Assembly: GCA_951406725.2 (NCBI GenBank)
Contig: OX597816.1
Span: forward strand, 158,100,001-158,164,000
Source: Octopus vulgaris
Lineage: Eukaryota
Reading direction: 5' to 3'
DNA: 64,000 bases
Shown here: positions 39,158-51,190 of the stretch, piece by piece
Layout: each line of letters opens with the position of its first letter
Numbering within the stretch: the stretch's first letter is position 1
Notes under the pieces: generated by a model
Seen by the model: only the letters and a program-made list of their open reading frames with translations
Told to the model about the DNA's origin: nothing
Databases searched by the model: none
Made by a program: the position numbers and the translations under genes

Positions 39158-39952
39158 ATATATATATACATGACAGGCTTCTTTCAGTTTCCATCTACCA
39201 AATCCACTCATAAGGCTTTGGTTGGGTCTAAGCTATAGTAGAAGACACTTGCTCAAGGTGCCATGCAGTGGAACTGAACCCAGAACCATGTGGTTGGGAA
39301 GCAAGCTACTTACCTCACAACCATGCCTGTACTTATTTTACTGACCCCACAGGATTAATGTCAAAGCTGACAACAGGAGAATTTCTTGAAATTACTTTTC
39401 AATAGATACAAACAATTACCATTAATTTGGGTTTATTTTCCCTCCAGCTAAGAGGGGGATTTCAATTAATTGAGAAATTTTTGCATACATCATTCAGTAC
39501 ATCACCCTATAATTCATTTATCTAGAGTCATATCATTAGCCTACTTGAGTTATTACCCTTAGTTCATTTTCTTTCTCTTTTTTTATTTGTAATTATGTAA
39601 ATTACTACTGGACTATGCAAGAAAAAAATGCTTAGCAACATTTCATGTATCTTTACTCATGTGTCTTGAGTTCAAATTCCACTGAGGTCAACTTGCCTTT
39701 CATCTTGATTACATGCCACCCAGTTGATTGCTGGGTGGCATGTAATCAACTTATGCCCTTCCCCTAAATTGCTGGCTTTGTGCCAATATTTGAAATTAAT
39801 ATTTTTCGATGTCTAAAATCATTTTTCAATAGATCAAAGCAAGTTTCAGTAGACTATATGATACTGATGAGGTCCAATAAGGACTAAATATGCCTGTAAT
39901 TATACCCTTGTCAACAAATAAAGATTAGATTTCCTTCTAAGTTGCGATTAAA

Positions 39953-40190
39953 ATGTCGCAGGAAAGAATTACAGGACAGATTCTTCAAGTCAAGCCAACT
40001 GAAAGGAGATCTAGAGGTAGACAAAGAACAATATGGTTGAATAATATCCATAGATTCAGTTGGTCACACTTAGGAATCCAGCTGGAAAGTTTAAGGACGG
40101 TTGCTTCTGATAAGATCCTATGGAGAAGGCACCTAGGAACTCTACCCTAACAACCCTCCCAGGAATGGAGAAAACGGATAAATGGATGAA
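39953..40190 (+). mobile_element. 3' end of a second RTE-like LINE family
   Basis: MSQERITGQILQVKPTERRSRGRQRTIWLNNI...DKILWRR; GGAT-type tail. Confidence 0.75.
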
Positions 40191-40574
40191 TTTCATGAAA
40201 TCATCTTCCCTTTTCTTCAAGACCTGCTAACACCTGATACTATAATTCTCTTTCTCCAAGAGAAATATTCCAATTTATTTTTTTGTTTTTTAATATGTTA
40301 TTCAGGATATCATTCCTTAACTTATCTATATATAATACATCTATCAATTGAACATTCAACAAGTGATTGAGCTCTGGATAAGAACTTTTACCGTGAATGA
40401 AATTTAAATAAATTAACATATTAAGAGATAAAGCTTGCAAACAAGGCAATTTTACATATACAAAAAAAAAAAATAAATAAATGAAAATGTTTCATTTGTG
40501 TAATAGCAATGGAGCAAATAAACACCAAAAAACAGAGAAATATAAATGTAATTACAAAATATATTAGACTTGAC

Positions 40575-41000
40575 AGTTAAAGGAAGGAGAGAGAAAGGTT
40601 GAAAAGAAAGAGAAAAGAGAGGGGAGTGAATAGAAATAGCGAGGAGGAGTGAGTATAGATAGTGTGGAAGAGATGAGGAGGTAAGAGGAAGAGGAGAGAA
40701 ATATTAAGAGAATAAAGAGAGGGGGGAAAACAAAGAAGGTGAGAAAGAAAGATTGAAAATGAGAGAGGGTGGGAGGGAAAGAGTAAGTAGAGAAAGTAAG
40801 TTAAGAGAGAGAAGGGAGACAATAGAAAAGGAAAAAAAGATGACAGGTGGCGAGAGTGGAGAAAATGCGAGAAAAGAGAATGAAAAGGGAGAAAAAAAAG
40901 AGTTTGATAATTGTGATGGTAATATTGATAGTGTAGCAATAATGAAGATAATGGTGGTGGCAATGATGATGATGGCGATGATGGTGGTGTTAGTGGCATT
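40575..41000. repeat. GA-rich then (GAT/GGT)n low-complexity tract
   Basis: Directly visible. Confidence 0.85.
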
Positions 41001-41346
41001 GTTGATGACAATCCTGTCTTTATTATTAAGAAACATTATAAGATGGCAAGCTAGCAGAATCATTAGCACCCCAGAGAAAATGCTTAATTGAATTTCTTCC
41101 AGGTCTTAACATTCTGAGCTCAAATTCTGCTTGGATCAACAGTGCCTTTCATACTTTCAGGGTCATTGAAATAAGTACCAGTTAAGTACTGAGATTGGTG
41201 TAATTTACTTACCACCCCCTCAGAAACTGCTGGCTTTGTGCCAAAATTTGAAACCATTATTAAGGAATATTATGTATGTATGATCCTCAAGCCTTACATA
41301 CAATATAAAACGTCATACAAAAGGCATTACAAAACATGCATGCATG

Positions 41347-41378
<32 letters not shown>

Positions 41379-42411
41379 TACACACACACATAATACAGAG
41401 GTGTGGGGGAACAATATAATGTATTGCTCTAAGTGAATATATTAAGTTAGAAAACAAATACAAAGACAATCCAACTACACAAGAGGAAGAAGCTTCCACC
41501 TAAATAAGATCAGGGCACCCAACAGCAGACTGCTTCTCAGCTGCAAAATGGGTCCCCTGAAATTGCTCACAAACATTTTCAGCCTTAACCATAAGGAGCA
41601 CTACTATCTCTGGGCCATGATAACTCAGCTGTTAATAGACTACAAATGTGATCTTTAAGAACCATCTATCAATGAGGACAATGTTCTTCATATGGCAATG
41701 GGGATATGAGAATTGAAAAAGAAATAGAAAAACTGCCACGTTTAATAAAATTACATGGTTTAAAATATTTTAAACCTGTGCATCACCAAAACAAAGAAAA
41801 AAATTATATAGATGCAAACTTTATTGTCTCATCATTAATAAATGTAGCAGAGTCACAAATTTTCCTAATATTTTGGGGAAAAGAGACAGATATTTGTCAG
41901 TTTGAGAACCATTGATCTTGGGGTCCTGAGACTTGCCCTCTCCACCACAATCTTCTCAGTCAATGCAGTATTTTATTTATCCTCTCATAGGGTCAGCATT
42001 AAATAAAGTAGGACAGCATTCTACCTTAGAATTTCTTTAAAGTTCAGGTATTCTGTAGGTGTAGAGACCTCTACTGAGGAACTTCCAACTGCCTGAGCTC
42101 ATTTTTTTTCTTTTGCATCTTCTTTCATCCCCATCATTGAAAGGCGGCTTGTGGCAGCTCCTGTTCAAGAGGAGGGACCCCTTTTGGATTCTTGGTCATT
42201 GTCATACTCAGATGCTGGTGACACTAAAGATGAGCATTTTTTTATATCATTGTCCACACCTTTTTTCTAGATTTAAGTCTGTTTGAAAGTAATTTAGTGG
42301 CATTTAAGTTTACATTATTGAGGCCACCACCTCAATAATGTGTGAAAAGTATCTTCTCACAACTCATGACACCATTTTGAACCACAAATAATGATATAAA
42401 TGGCCACTAGC

Positions 42412-42455
<44 letters not shown>

Positions 42456-45156
42456 CAGCTATAAATATTTTTAAAAAGAAGCAAATCTTTCTTCAACCAC
42501 ATGTAATGTAGTTGACCCACAAATAATGCAAAAGACTTCAGTTGATAAAAACGGAACAAATCAAAACACAAAAAAAACTTTTCCCATAATTGCATAAGAA
42601 CAAGCATAACCATGTGGTTAAGAAATTCATTGTTAAGAAATCATGTTGTTTTGGGTTGAGACCCATTGCATAGGACCTTTAGCAAATATCTTCTATTATA
42701 GTCCAACACCAATCAATGCCTTGTTAGTGAATTTAGTAGAGAGAAACTGTACAGAAACCTGTCGTGTGCACGGGTCTCTTACCACTTGACCACCAGTATT
42801 GGTTTATGTCCTCTTAGTAATTTGGCAAAAAGAAATTGATAGAATACCAGGTTTTAACAAATAGGTACTGAGGTTAATTTGATTGGCTAAATCCATTAAA
42901 GCCGTGCTCTGATATGGCCACAGTCCAATGAATGAAACAAGTAAAAGAGTAAAGGAATAGAAGAATTGGTAAAAAAAAATTACTTTTATGTCCAGTTCTG
43001 AGACAGACATTTATTTTGCTTTAACAAGTAATAAAACTGCTGATAGGTCAAATGATTAAACATTTTTGAATTTGGATTTAACTGAAGCAAGTTGAGCATG
43101 AAGTAAATTTAAGAATCTATAAATATTAAATCCAACGTTTCACCATAGTCACAGTTGACATTGCAATTTAGTTTCAGATAAATGATTGAAAATAAATATA
43201 AAATTAAAATATAAGAAAACATAGGAAAAAAAAATAGAAATAAAATTATAATAAAATATTTGAAAAATGAAGAAATTTAAGATGACTCTGACAATCTTTA
43301 ATTCATTTAATGGTTTCTCACATTGGAATAAGGCCAGAAATTGTAGGATTGGGATGGAGGGGCATGGTAGATTGTATCAGCTCCTTCTCCCACCATCCAC
43401 CCACACACATTACAAATACATGGATACTACTCATTCTTATCCTTCATAGAAAATAATGTAAATTTGACCCTATCAAAATTGTGATTCACAGAACAGGGCA
43501 ACGAAACTCATTATTACTGCCATGTGATCTACTTTGGCAATGAATCACTTCTGTTACCATGCTTTTCTTTTATTCTTTTATTCCTTTCAGTCTTTGGGCC
43601 ATAGCCAGGCTGGGGCACAGTTATGATGGATTTTAGTCAAATGAATTGACCCTAGTTTTTTTTTTTTTTATGCCTTGTATTTATTTGGTTGATCTTTTTT
43701 GCAGAACTGCTAAGTTACAGGGACATACACAACCCACCTCTGGTTGTCAAACAATAGCAGGGAAAAAATACAAAGATTCACATACACAGATATATACACA
43801 TATGCGACAGGCTTCTTTCAGCTTCCATCTACCAATTCCACTCACAAGGCTTTGGTCGACCAGGGATTATAGCAATAGACATTATGCACAGGCTGAATAC
43901 TTGAAAGAAAAAAGGGGAAGAGTAAGTTAACTGACTGACTCCAATATATCACTGGTTGGTACAATAAAATACACCAAATCTATGCTATAAAGTGATTTTC
44001 TTACATTGGTTTGGTTTGAAGTAAAGGTCTGATGAATGCTATTATCTGCACAGGACGAAGCATTGTTGAAAGAGGCAAGTAGGCTATTGGTGTGTAGGAG
44101 GAAGAGTTAGAAGCACAAAACCGAATTTTTGAATATATCAGAGTTGACAAGCTGTAGGTTAGAGAGAGTTTGAAAAGCCAAAAAAAGTACACCACTAGTG
44201 TTTATTCATAGATAAACAAACATACATAATTATTGTGAGTTGGCAGTATTTGAGGAGTTCTATTTGCAGTTGTATGTCATCTCAGACATTACTGTAAAAT
44301 TTGTAGTAATTAGAGATCCATATGTAAAAACCATACAAAAAGGCAAGAAAAAACAGAGAAGATGTGGCCTTTGTAAATCACAATTAGGGCATTTGTTTAA
44401 GAGTGCAGTAATGAAGGGCAATCAAATACAGAATAGAGAAGAGTCTTTATTCTTGCAGCAAATTTCTCTAGTGTTAGGTGGGTGATAAAATGAACCCAGT
44501 CCATACTGATTAGAACACCAGGCAAAATGCTTTTGTCTGTCGTTACGTTGTGAGTTCAAATTCCTTTCATCCTTTCGGTGTCGATAAATTAAGTATCAGT
44601 TACGCACTGGAGTTGATGTAATCAACTTAATACCTATGTCTGTCTTTGTTTGTCCCCTCTATGTTTAGCCCCTTGTGGGTAATAAAGATATAGGTTAATA
44701 GGAAGGGAGTCTAATCATAAAAACAATATCATAAATAGTACTGAAGCAGATAGTGAGATGCTGTGATAGACCCATCCAATTCATGTCTTTAAAATGGTGA
44801 AAGGCAAATTCAACTACAATAAGGTTTGATCTTTAAGTATTAAAAGTTATACTAAAATGTGGTATTTGGTCTGATGCTTTACCATCTCCACTACTCCACT
44901 GAACTCATGTCAAGAGAAAGGAAGTATTTTTTTGTAACCTAATAATAATTTCTTACACTGTAACTGTACAACAAATTTAGAATGGAGATTGATTCATTTC
45001 TCAATTGATTTATTTGGCTTCAACCAGGAATCAATACTGGGTCACTCACACACCATACCAAGAGTATAGTTCGTGCTTCTCTCAAGTTGATGAAACTCCT
45101 TCAGCTTGGTTGCAGAAGCTGCTAGAAACAGCAACCAAATCACACTCTATTGTCTT

Positions 45157-46202
45157 TGTTTTATATCCTGCCACAGGTTGGTGTATATAAAATTAGATAG
45201 CAGAGAGTTAATCAATGTGTTCACACAACGTACTTCACAAGACTACCAAAACGCTCTCTCCAACTACTACCGACCACTACTCTTTATAAGAGTTCAGCTA
45301 GTCCATTCTTCCAATCCGCCAGGGGTGTCAATGACTCACCACAACATCTCCCCCTTTGAGACTGACTTCCGTTGAAGTTAATATTATTGCTTATATTTCA
45401 TCACTTTTATATCCTGACGACTCATTGCCAAATGTTGTAACGCAATTGTTACCCGACTCTTAGGTAGTATTGTTTGTTTTGCACATGGCATTCTTGTTTT
45501 TCATTGTACTAAGCACTCTTGTTAGCACTTGTTTTGTGCTCAAATGGACTTTGGTATGATTTTTTAACCCCAAGAAAGACATCTCTAGCTGATTAACACT
45601 GCACAGCTGCATCCGATATATTGTGAGCAGGGGAATTAAACCCTTACTACATTCTAGCGACAGGACCAACACACAGCAATTCAAGCAACTATGATTACAA
45701 CAACTTACGTGTTCAGTGTGAGTTCAATGCGGAACTAACACACCGAGTCTTACCAGCCTCTAGCAAAACTCTTCAACGATTTCTGCCGCCTTTACACGGG
45801 ACATGATAGGTATTTTACTGGTGGTACTTTGGCTGCCAAACATGCAACCTCTACCAGCTTTCACCAATTTCCCGATGTCCCAGTGCATGCAACAGGTTGT
45901 AATGGGTTACGTGTTATCAGTAATGCCCCCCAAAAAGTGACTTGACAAGTGTGTAAAGTTGTACTGAGTCACACCCAAGAGCGACCTGACCAATGCGTAA
46001 AGTTGTACTGGGTTACACCCAAGAGCGACCTGACCTTGACACACGTTGGATATATAAATTAATGAAGCAGAGGTTTAATCATGTTCACATGACATACTTT
46101 GTGAGAGTACCAAAACACTTTCCCTGGCTACTACTTTTTAGAAGAGTTTGACTAGTCCATTCTTCCAATCTGCCAGGGGTGTCAATGCCTCTCGCCACAA
46201 CC
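45157..46202 (-). mobile_element. Small non-coding LTR retroelement (TRIM-like)
   Basis: Direct repeats ~45177-45346 and ~46044-46202; minus-strand PPT AAAGGGGGAGA directly before TGTTGTGG; ACAACA-TT-TGGCAATGAG (LTR-end/PBS-like) at 45438-45421; interrupts another repeat. Confidence 0.7.
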
Positions 46203-47326
46203 GGAAAACACTTTGGACAATGCAGTCCTAGACACACAAAAGACAAGATGGTTATAGATAGATTGCTTTTGGTCATAGATTTGCTGAATCAGGGCTGACC
46301 TAGGGCTAAACAACAACAAGCTCCTGCTTCAGTGCTTACCAGTCATTATTTAATGACAGAATTAACAAAGACACAAGAATGCCACACAAATTACTTTAAA
46401 GTATCCAGGTAGGTTTTATAACCTAGAATTCAAAATAAAGCTTTTACCTTTTATCTTGCTTGAATTAGTGAATAAGTTCCAGAAAGTTATTGGAGATGAT
46501 TCAATTAGACCTGGTAATTCAATAACCTCTTATATTACAAAACAAAACAAAAGATGACCTTGTACCCAGTCAAAAGAAAATCTATAGCGACAACTAATGT
46601 ACTCCATTCTTCATTAGAAAAGACATTTTAATTATGAAGATTAAAACAAGACATTACAGTATGTTTATAAATCGTGCAGAAGTAAGCATTCAAACAGACA
46701 GTTAACCAGTTTCAAATCAAATAATCAGTCACATTAAAATAACAACAATGCTCTCACACTGACTGTCTTCAGGTAGTAGCAATTGTTACATAAGCTTATT
46801 ACCACAGCTTTTTCTGCTCCTGTTGCTTGCTTCACATTATGTTAATAACTCAACTATGAGTTAGCTGTCCAACTGGTTCACTTCAAGTGGTAGATAAAGC
46901 TACTGAGGAACTAAATTCAGTTTTGCTTGAGCAGAATTATATTATTGAAATAGCCAATTAAACACAAATGAATGGCACAATACATGTTAATTCAATATAT
47001 ATTGTGTGTCAGTCTATTCTCTGTCATATTACTATCCAGACTGATATGAAGGTATTGGCTGTGCATGTAGAGAGAGTACACCAACCAGAGCATGCATGCT
47101 ACATGTGTTTTGCCAATTAGTTTGTTTTTAAATGTTCAAAGGCTTTGGTTGTGTTTACAGCAAAGATAACAAGATGGATTTGACCCATCACCCACAATAG
47201 CTTCAGTAACTTAAAGACTCAATGAACATGGTTGGTAACTGTAAAAAGAGCTTGAAATGAAATGTGGAAGTTGATATTGCAATATGTATGCTTCAAGTTT
47301 GCCATGTGAGAGTGTGTGTGTGTGTG

Positions 47327-47359
<33 letters not shown>

Positions 47360-48939
47360 GTGTGTGTGCACGCGTGCGTGCGTGCTTGCTTGAAGTGCTA
47401 TTCTAGTATTGTTCTGATGCGTCACGGTTTTTAAGGGTGATAAGACATATTGCAGAAGTTAAGTGGATTAGTACAGAATGCAACCATTAACTGTGGCTCA
47501 TTGCATATCTAAAGAGTTTTTAATTTCATTTGATAGTGCTACAGAATTCTGGCCTTACACCCATATACGACAATGAATATATATATATGTTAAAATGTTC
47601 CAATTATATATAATTTAGCCGTTTAATAAATTGCAAACAGTTAATTTACTTGTCATGTGTAGAATATATTAAATTATCATTTTATGATTTTTTGAGAGTG
47701 TATCTCACACTCCCAGTATACTCTAAATATATGCTTTTGCTACTTTCTCCAATTTTCGTGATTATGTACTTAGCTTTAGAAAGATCATCTAGTTATAAAG
47801 TCATTTACTGCAATAATTCACATGGAAATACTCATAATTTAGCAAACTAATATCTCACCCATGATAAAATGGATTTAAAAGCCATAAAAGGAAAAAGATA
47901 TAATTTGTGAATACAAAATTCAAGTAGAAATTTTAAAATAAATTTTGAGGACCAAAGTGCATGATTTGCTACTTATGATAACTGAGCCAACTTCAAATGG
48001 TATTTTTATTCCTAGTTTTTCTAACTGAAAAATGTCTCCCCACAGTCATTATTCTCATAACTTGACTGCTTCTTATGTTTTTGATGATTTGAATATTATG
48101 CTCAATTACCACTTAAAAATGAACTCATCCTCTGTCACAGCACTCTTAATACTCCTAATAGTGAAAAACCTGTTGGTCTCCACTTAAAACTGAAAATTAA
48201 TGGAAGGAAATTGTACTTTAACAGATTTCTAAATAGTTCAGAATAAATATTGGTGAATATTTAAATTAGAATAAATACATCATTACTTTATCTCTCAGCA
48301 GCATAAAAATCCCCCTTGCAAAACATGTCCATTATGTATTTTTCATTATCTTGGTTTTTAATAACATGGAATCCTCTACTCTTACACATTTTATACATTT
48401 CAATTACAGCAACAGAAAATTGAAAAGAATTTTCAGTTTTCAAAAAACTGTGCTTCTAAGAATACTGTCCTTTTCAAAGGAACTTACTGTACAGTCTCTT
48501 CCTATTTAACTTTTACCTTATATGTTATTAAAAATTCTTGCTCAAGTGTAAATTAATTAATATGGAAACATTCTCTGAAATGAGCAATAAGTTTTGAATA
48601 TATTTTTAATAAATTCTCAATCAATACAAATGAAAAAAAACATGAACAGATTTGTTGATGTTGTCGCCATCGTACAACCCCAGATCAGCCCTGATCAAGC
48701 AGGGTCTATAATCAAAAGAACAGATTCTAGCTACGACCATCCTGTAGTCTTCTTATGTGCATGAAACACAGAACTACATTAATGTGGTTTTGTGGTAACA
48801 ATGCTACTCTCTCCTTTCCGTAGCCTTGAAGTGACCTAGGGTCCTTGTTTGGGGTGATTTGGAATCAAAATCGAAAATATTTGGCAAGTATGGTGAAGCC
48901 TATGCAGTGCTGAGGAGGTCTATCAAGATGGAAACATTC

Positions 48940-49246
48940 TTTCTTCTTTGTTCCTTCTCAAACCATGCCTGGCTCATAGGGCTGGTTTCCCGGTTTCCTT
49001 GGTGTATAGGTTCCCCACCTGGACGGGACGCCGGTCCATCGCAGGTGAGCTGCAAGATTCAGGAGGAAAGAGTGAGAGAAAGTTGAGGTGTAAGAATCAG
49101 TAGAAGTTCACTATTACTTTCTGCTGGAGCCGTGTGAAGCTCAGGTGTTTTGCTCATAAACACACACATCGCCCGGTCTGAGATTCGAACCCGTGATCCC
49201 TCGACTGCGAGTCTGCTGCTCTAACCACTAGGCCATGTGCCTCCAC
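48940..49246 (-). mobile_element. V-domain-like tRNA SINE, 15-bp TSD
   Basis: Same family as 26170-26468; TSD AAGATGGAAACATTC at 48925 and 49247. Confidence 0.9.
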
Positions 49247-50179
49247 AAGATGGAAACATTCAGAGTTATCTTCCTCCACACACTTGTTGAATGATTAAAG
49301 TAACTTTAATCACTGAGCTATCGTCTTTTCCTCTCCGTTTAAATTCTTTAATAGTTTTTTTTTTTTCATCTTTGATTCAAAATCACTCCCAAAGAGATGT
49401 ATCACTAAGTAAATATACAATAGTATACAAGGGTCGATGTGAAATATTAGCATATTTAAAAATATATATCACTCCAGTTAAATACTGAAATCCCATAGGA
49501 AACGTACTGTAGTGTAGCAGAGATGTAGCAAAGATGCAAGCAGTATAAGAAATACAGCAAAAACCATTTTGGTGCCTTGTACAGATGTAATAAAACCATT
49601 ATTTGATTATTTACTACAAAGCAAAACATATCACTTCAGCTTTTATAGAAAAAAATGTTATGCTTCAAATAATATGAAAGCTCAAGTTATCTATAAAACT
49701 TAGTAGTGCAAAACAAATATCAAAGAGGATACACAGCTACCTATCCCTTCATATTAATTCTAAAGATGCATGCACGATCTAGACTACTTACATAAGCTAT
49801 GGTTGTTGTTTAGCCCAGGGTTAGTCCTGATAAAGCAGACTCCTGTTGAAGAAAATTTTACCTAGCAAATATTATTTATTTGCTAAACTAAAATCAGAAA
49901 ACCAATTGGTCCAGGAAACTAGATGGTAGAAGTTTTTATTTTTTCATTTCGTTCCTGTCGAATTTTATCCCTGATTTTTGTGGTTATAGAACCTAGCTGT
50001 TCTTTCTAGGGTGTTGAATCCCATGAGTGGATTCCTTATTTGTTTAAATATATATATATATATATAACGGGAAGTTTTACGAAAATAAACAAAAGACGAA
50101 GGCAAACAAAAGACGAAGGCAGGTGGAGTACAAACAAACAATGTATTAGTATGGCGCTCAGGAATAGAAATAAAACAAG

Positions 50180-50217
50180 TCTTTTACGTTTCGAGCCTAT
50201 GCTCTTCGACAGAAAGA
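50180..50217 (-). ncRNA. Minimal type-I hammerhead-like motif in a Penelope-type repeat (~50065-50278)
   Basis: Minus strand TCTTT-CTGTCGA-A-GAGC-ATAG-GCTC-GAAAC-GTA-AAAGA; stems I and II pair; core has A6 to U. Confidence 0.55.
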
Positions 50218-50789
50218 TACACAGAAAAGAAACATGGAGAGAAACAAATTGCGTGTAGGGGCTAACGATCCAACATGATATATATATATATATATTCTTC
50301 CTTAATGTCTTATCTGCATACTAGCATGGATTGGATAGTTTGGCAAGAGCTAGCCAACCAGAAAGTTGCACCAGACTTCAATTATCTGTTTTTGCAAGGT
50401 TTCTACATCTGACTGCCCTTCCTAATGCCAACCACTCTACAGAGTGTACTGAGTGCCTTCTGTGCAACACCAGCACACACACACAACTTATCTGACATAT
50501 CCTTCCTTTTATAACTGAGTAAAGTGTGAGTTCAGGGAGATTAGTCTGCTATCTCCACCAGACAACCTCTCACAAAGTTGATATAATATATATATATGTG
50601 TGTGAATGTATCCATGATGTGCAGTTGAAAATATGTGTTAAGTGTGTAAGTACACGTAGATGTTATCGTTTACATATTTTTCCAAATATTTGTCAAATGC
50701 AGAAAAAAATAATTTTCGATGTACATTTTCTGCAGAAGTTTTATTTACATTGGTATTATTTTATCAGTGATGTTGATGATGATAATGTA

Positions 50790-51190
50790 GTAGTATAGTA
50801 GTAGTAGTAGTAGTATCAGCAGAAGAAGGATGTCATAGTTGCAACAGGAGTAACAGTAGTATGGTGGTGGTGGTGGTAAGAGTAGTAGCTTTGCTTGAAA
50901 GAGGAGTACCAGCAGAAGTGTCTAAAGTATTGGTACAGGTGGTAGCGATAAGAGTATTGACAGGAAGTAGAGTATAGTAGAAACACTAATAGTGGTGTCT
51001 GTTACTGTAGCAGCCATAGCATTGGTGGTGGTTGCAGTTGTAGCACTTGTAGTGTTAAGTGTTAGTAATTGCAGAAGTAACATTAGCAACAGTAGTAGTG
51101 GTGGTGGTGGTGTTTGAAATAGTGTTTAGAGTATTGTTAGTAGTAGTGGTTTTAGTATAAATAGTAGTGATAGTCGCAGTACTAGTAGCA
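50790..51190. repeat. Degenerate (TAG/TGG)n low-complexity tract
   Basis: Directly visible. Confidence 0.8.

Noticed and set aside
40577-41091. Hydrophobic or charged ORFs resembling membrane proteins
   Set aside because: Products of GA-rich and (GAT)n low-complexity DNA
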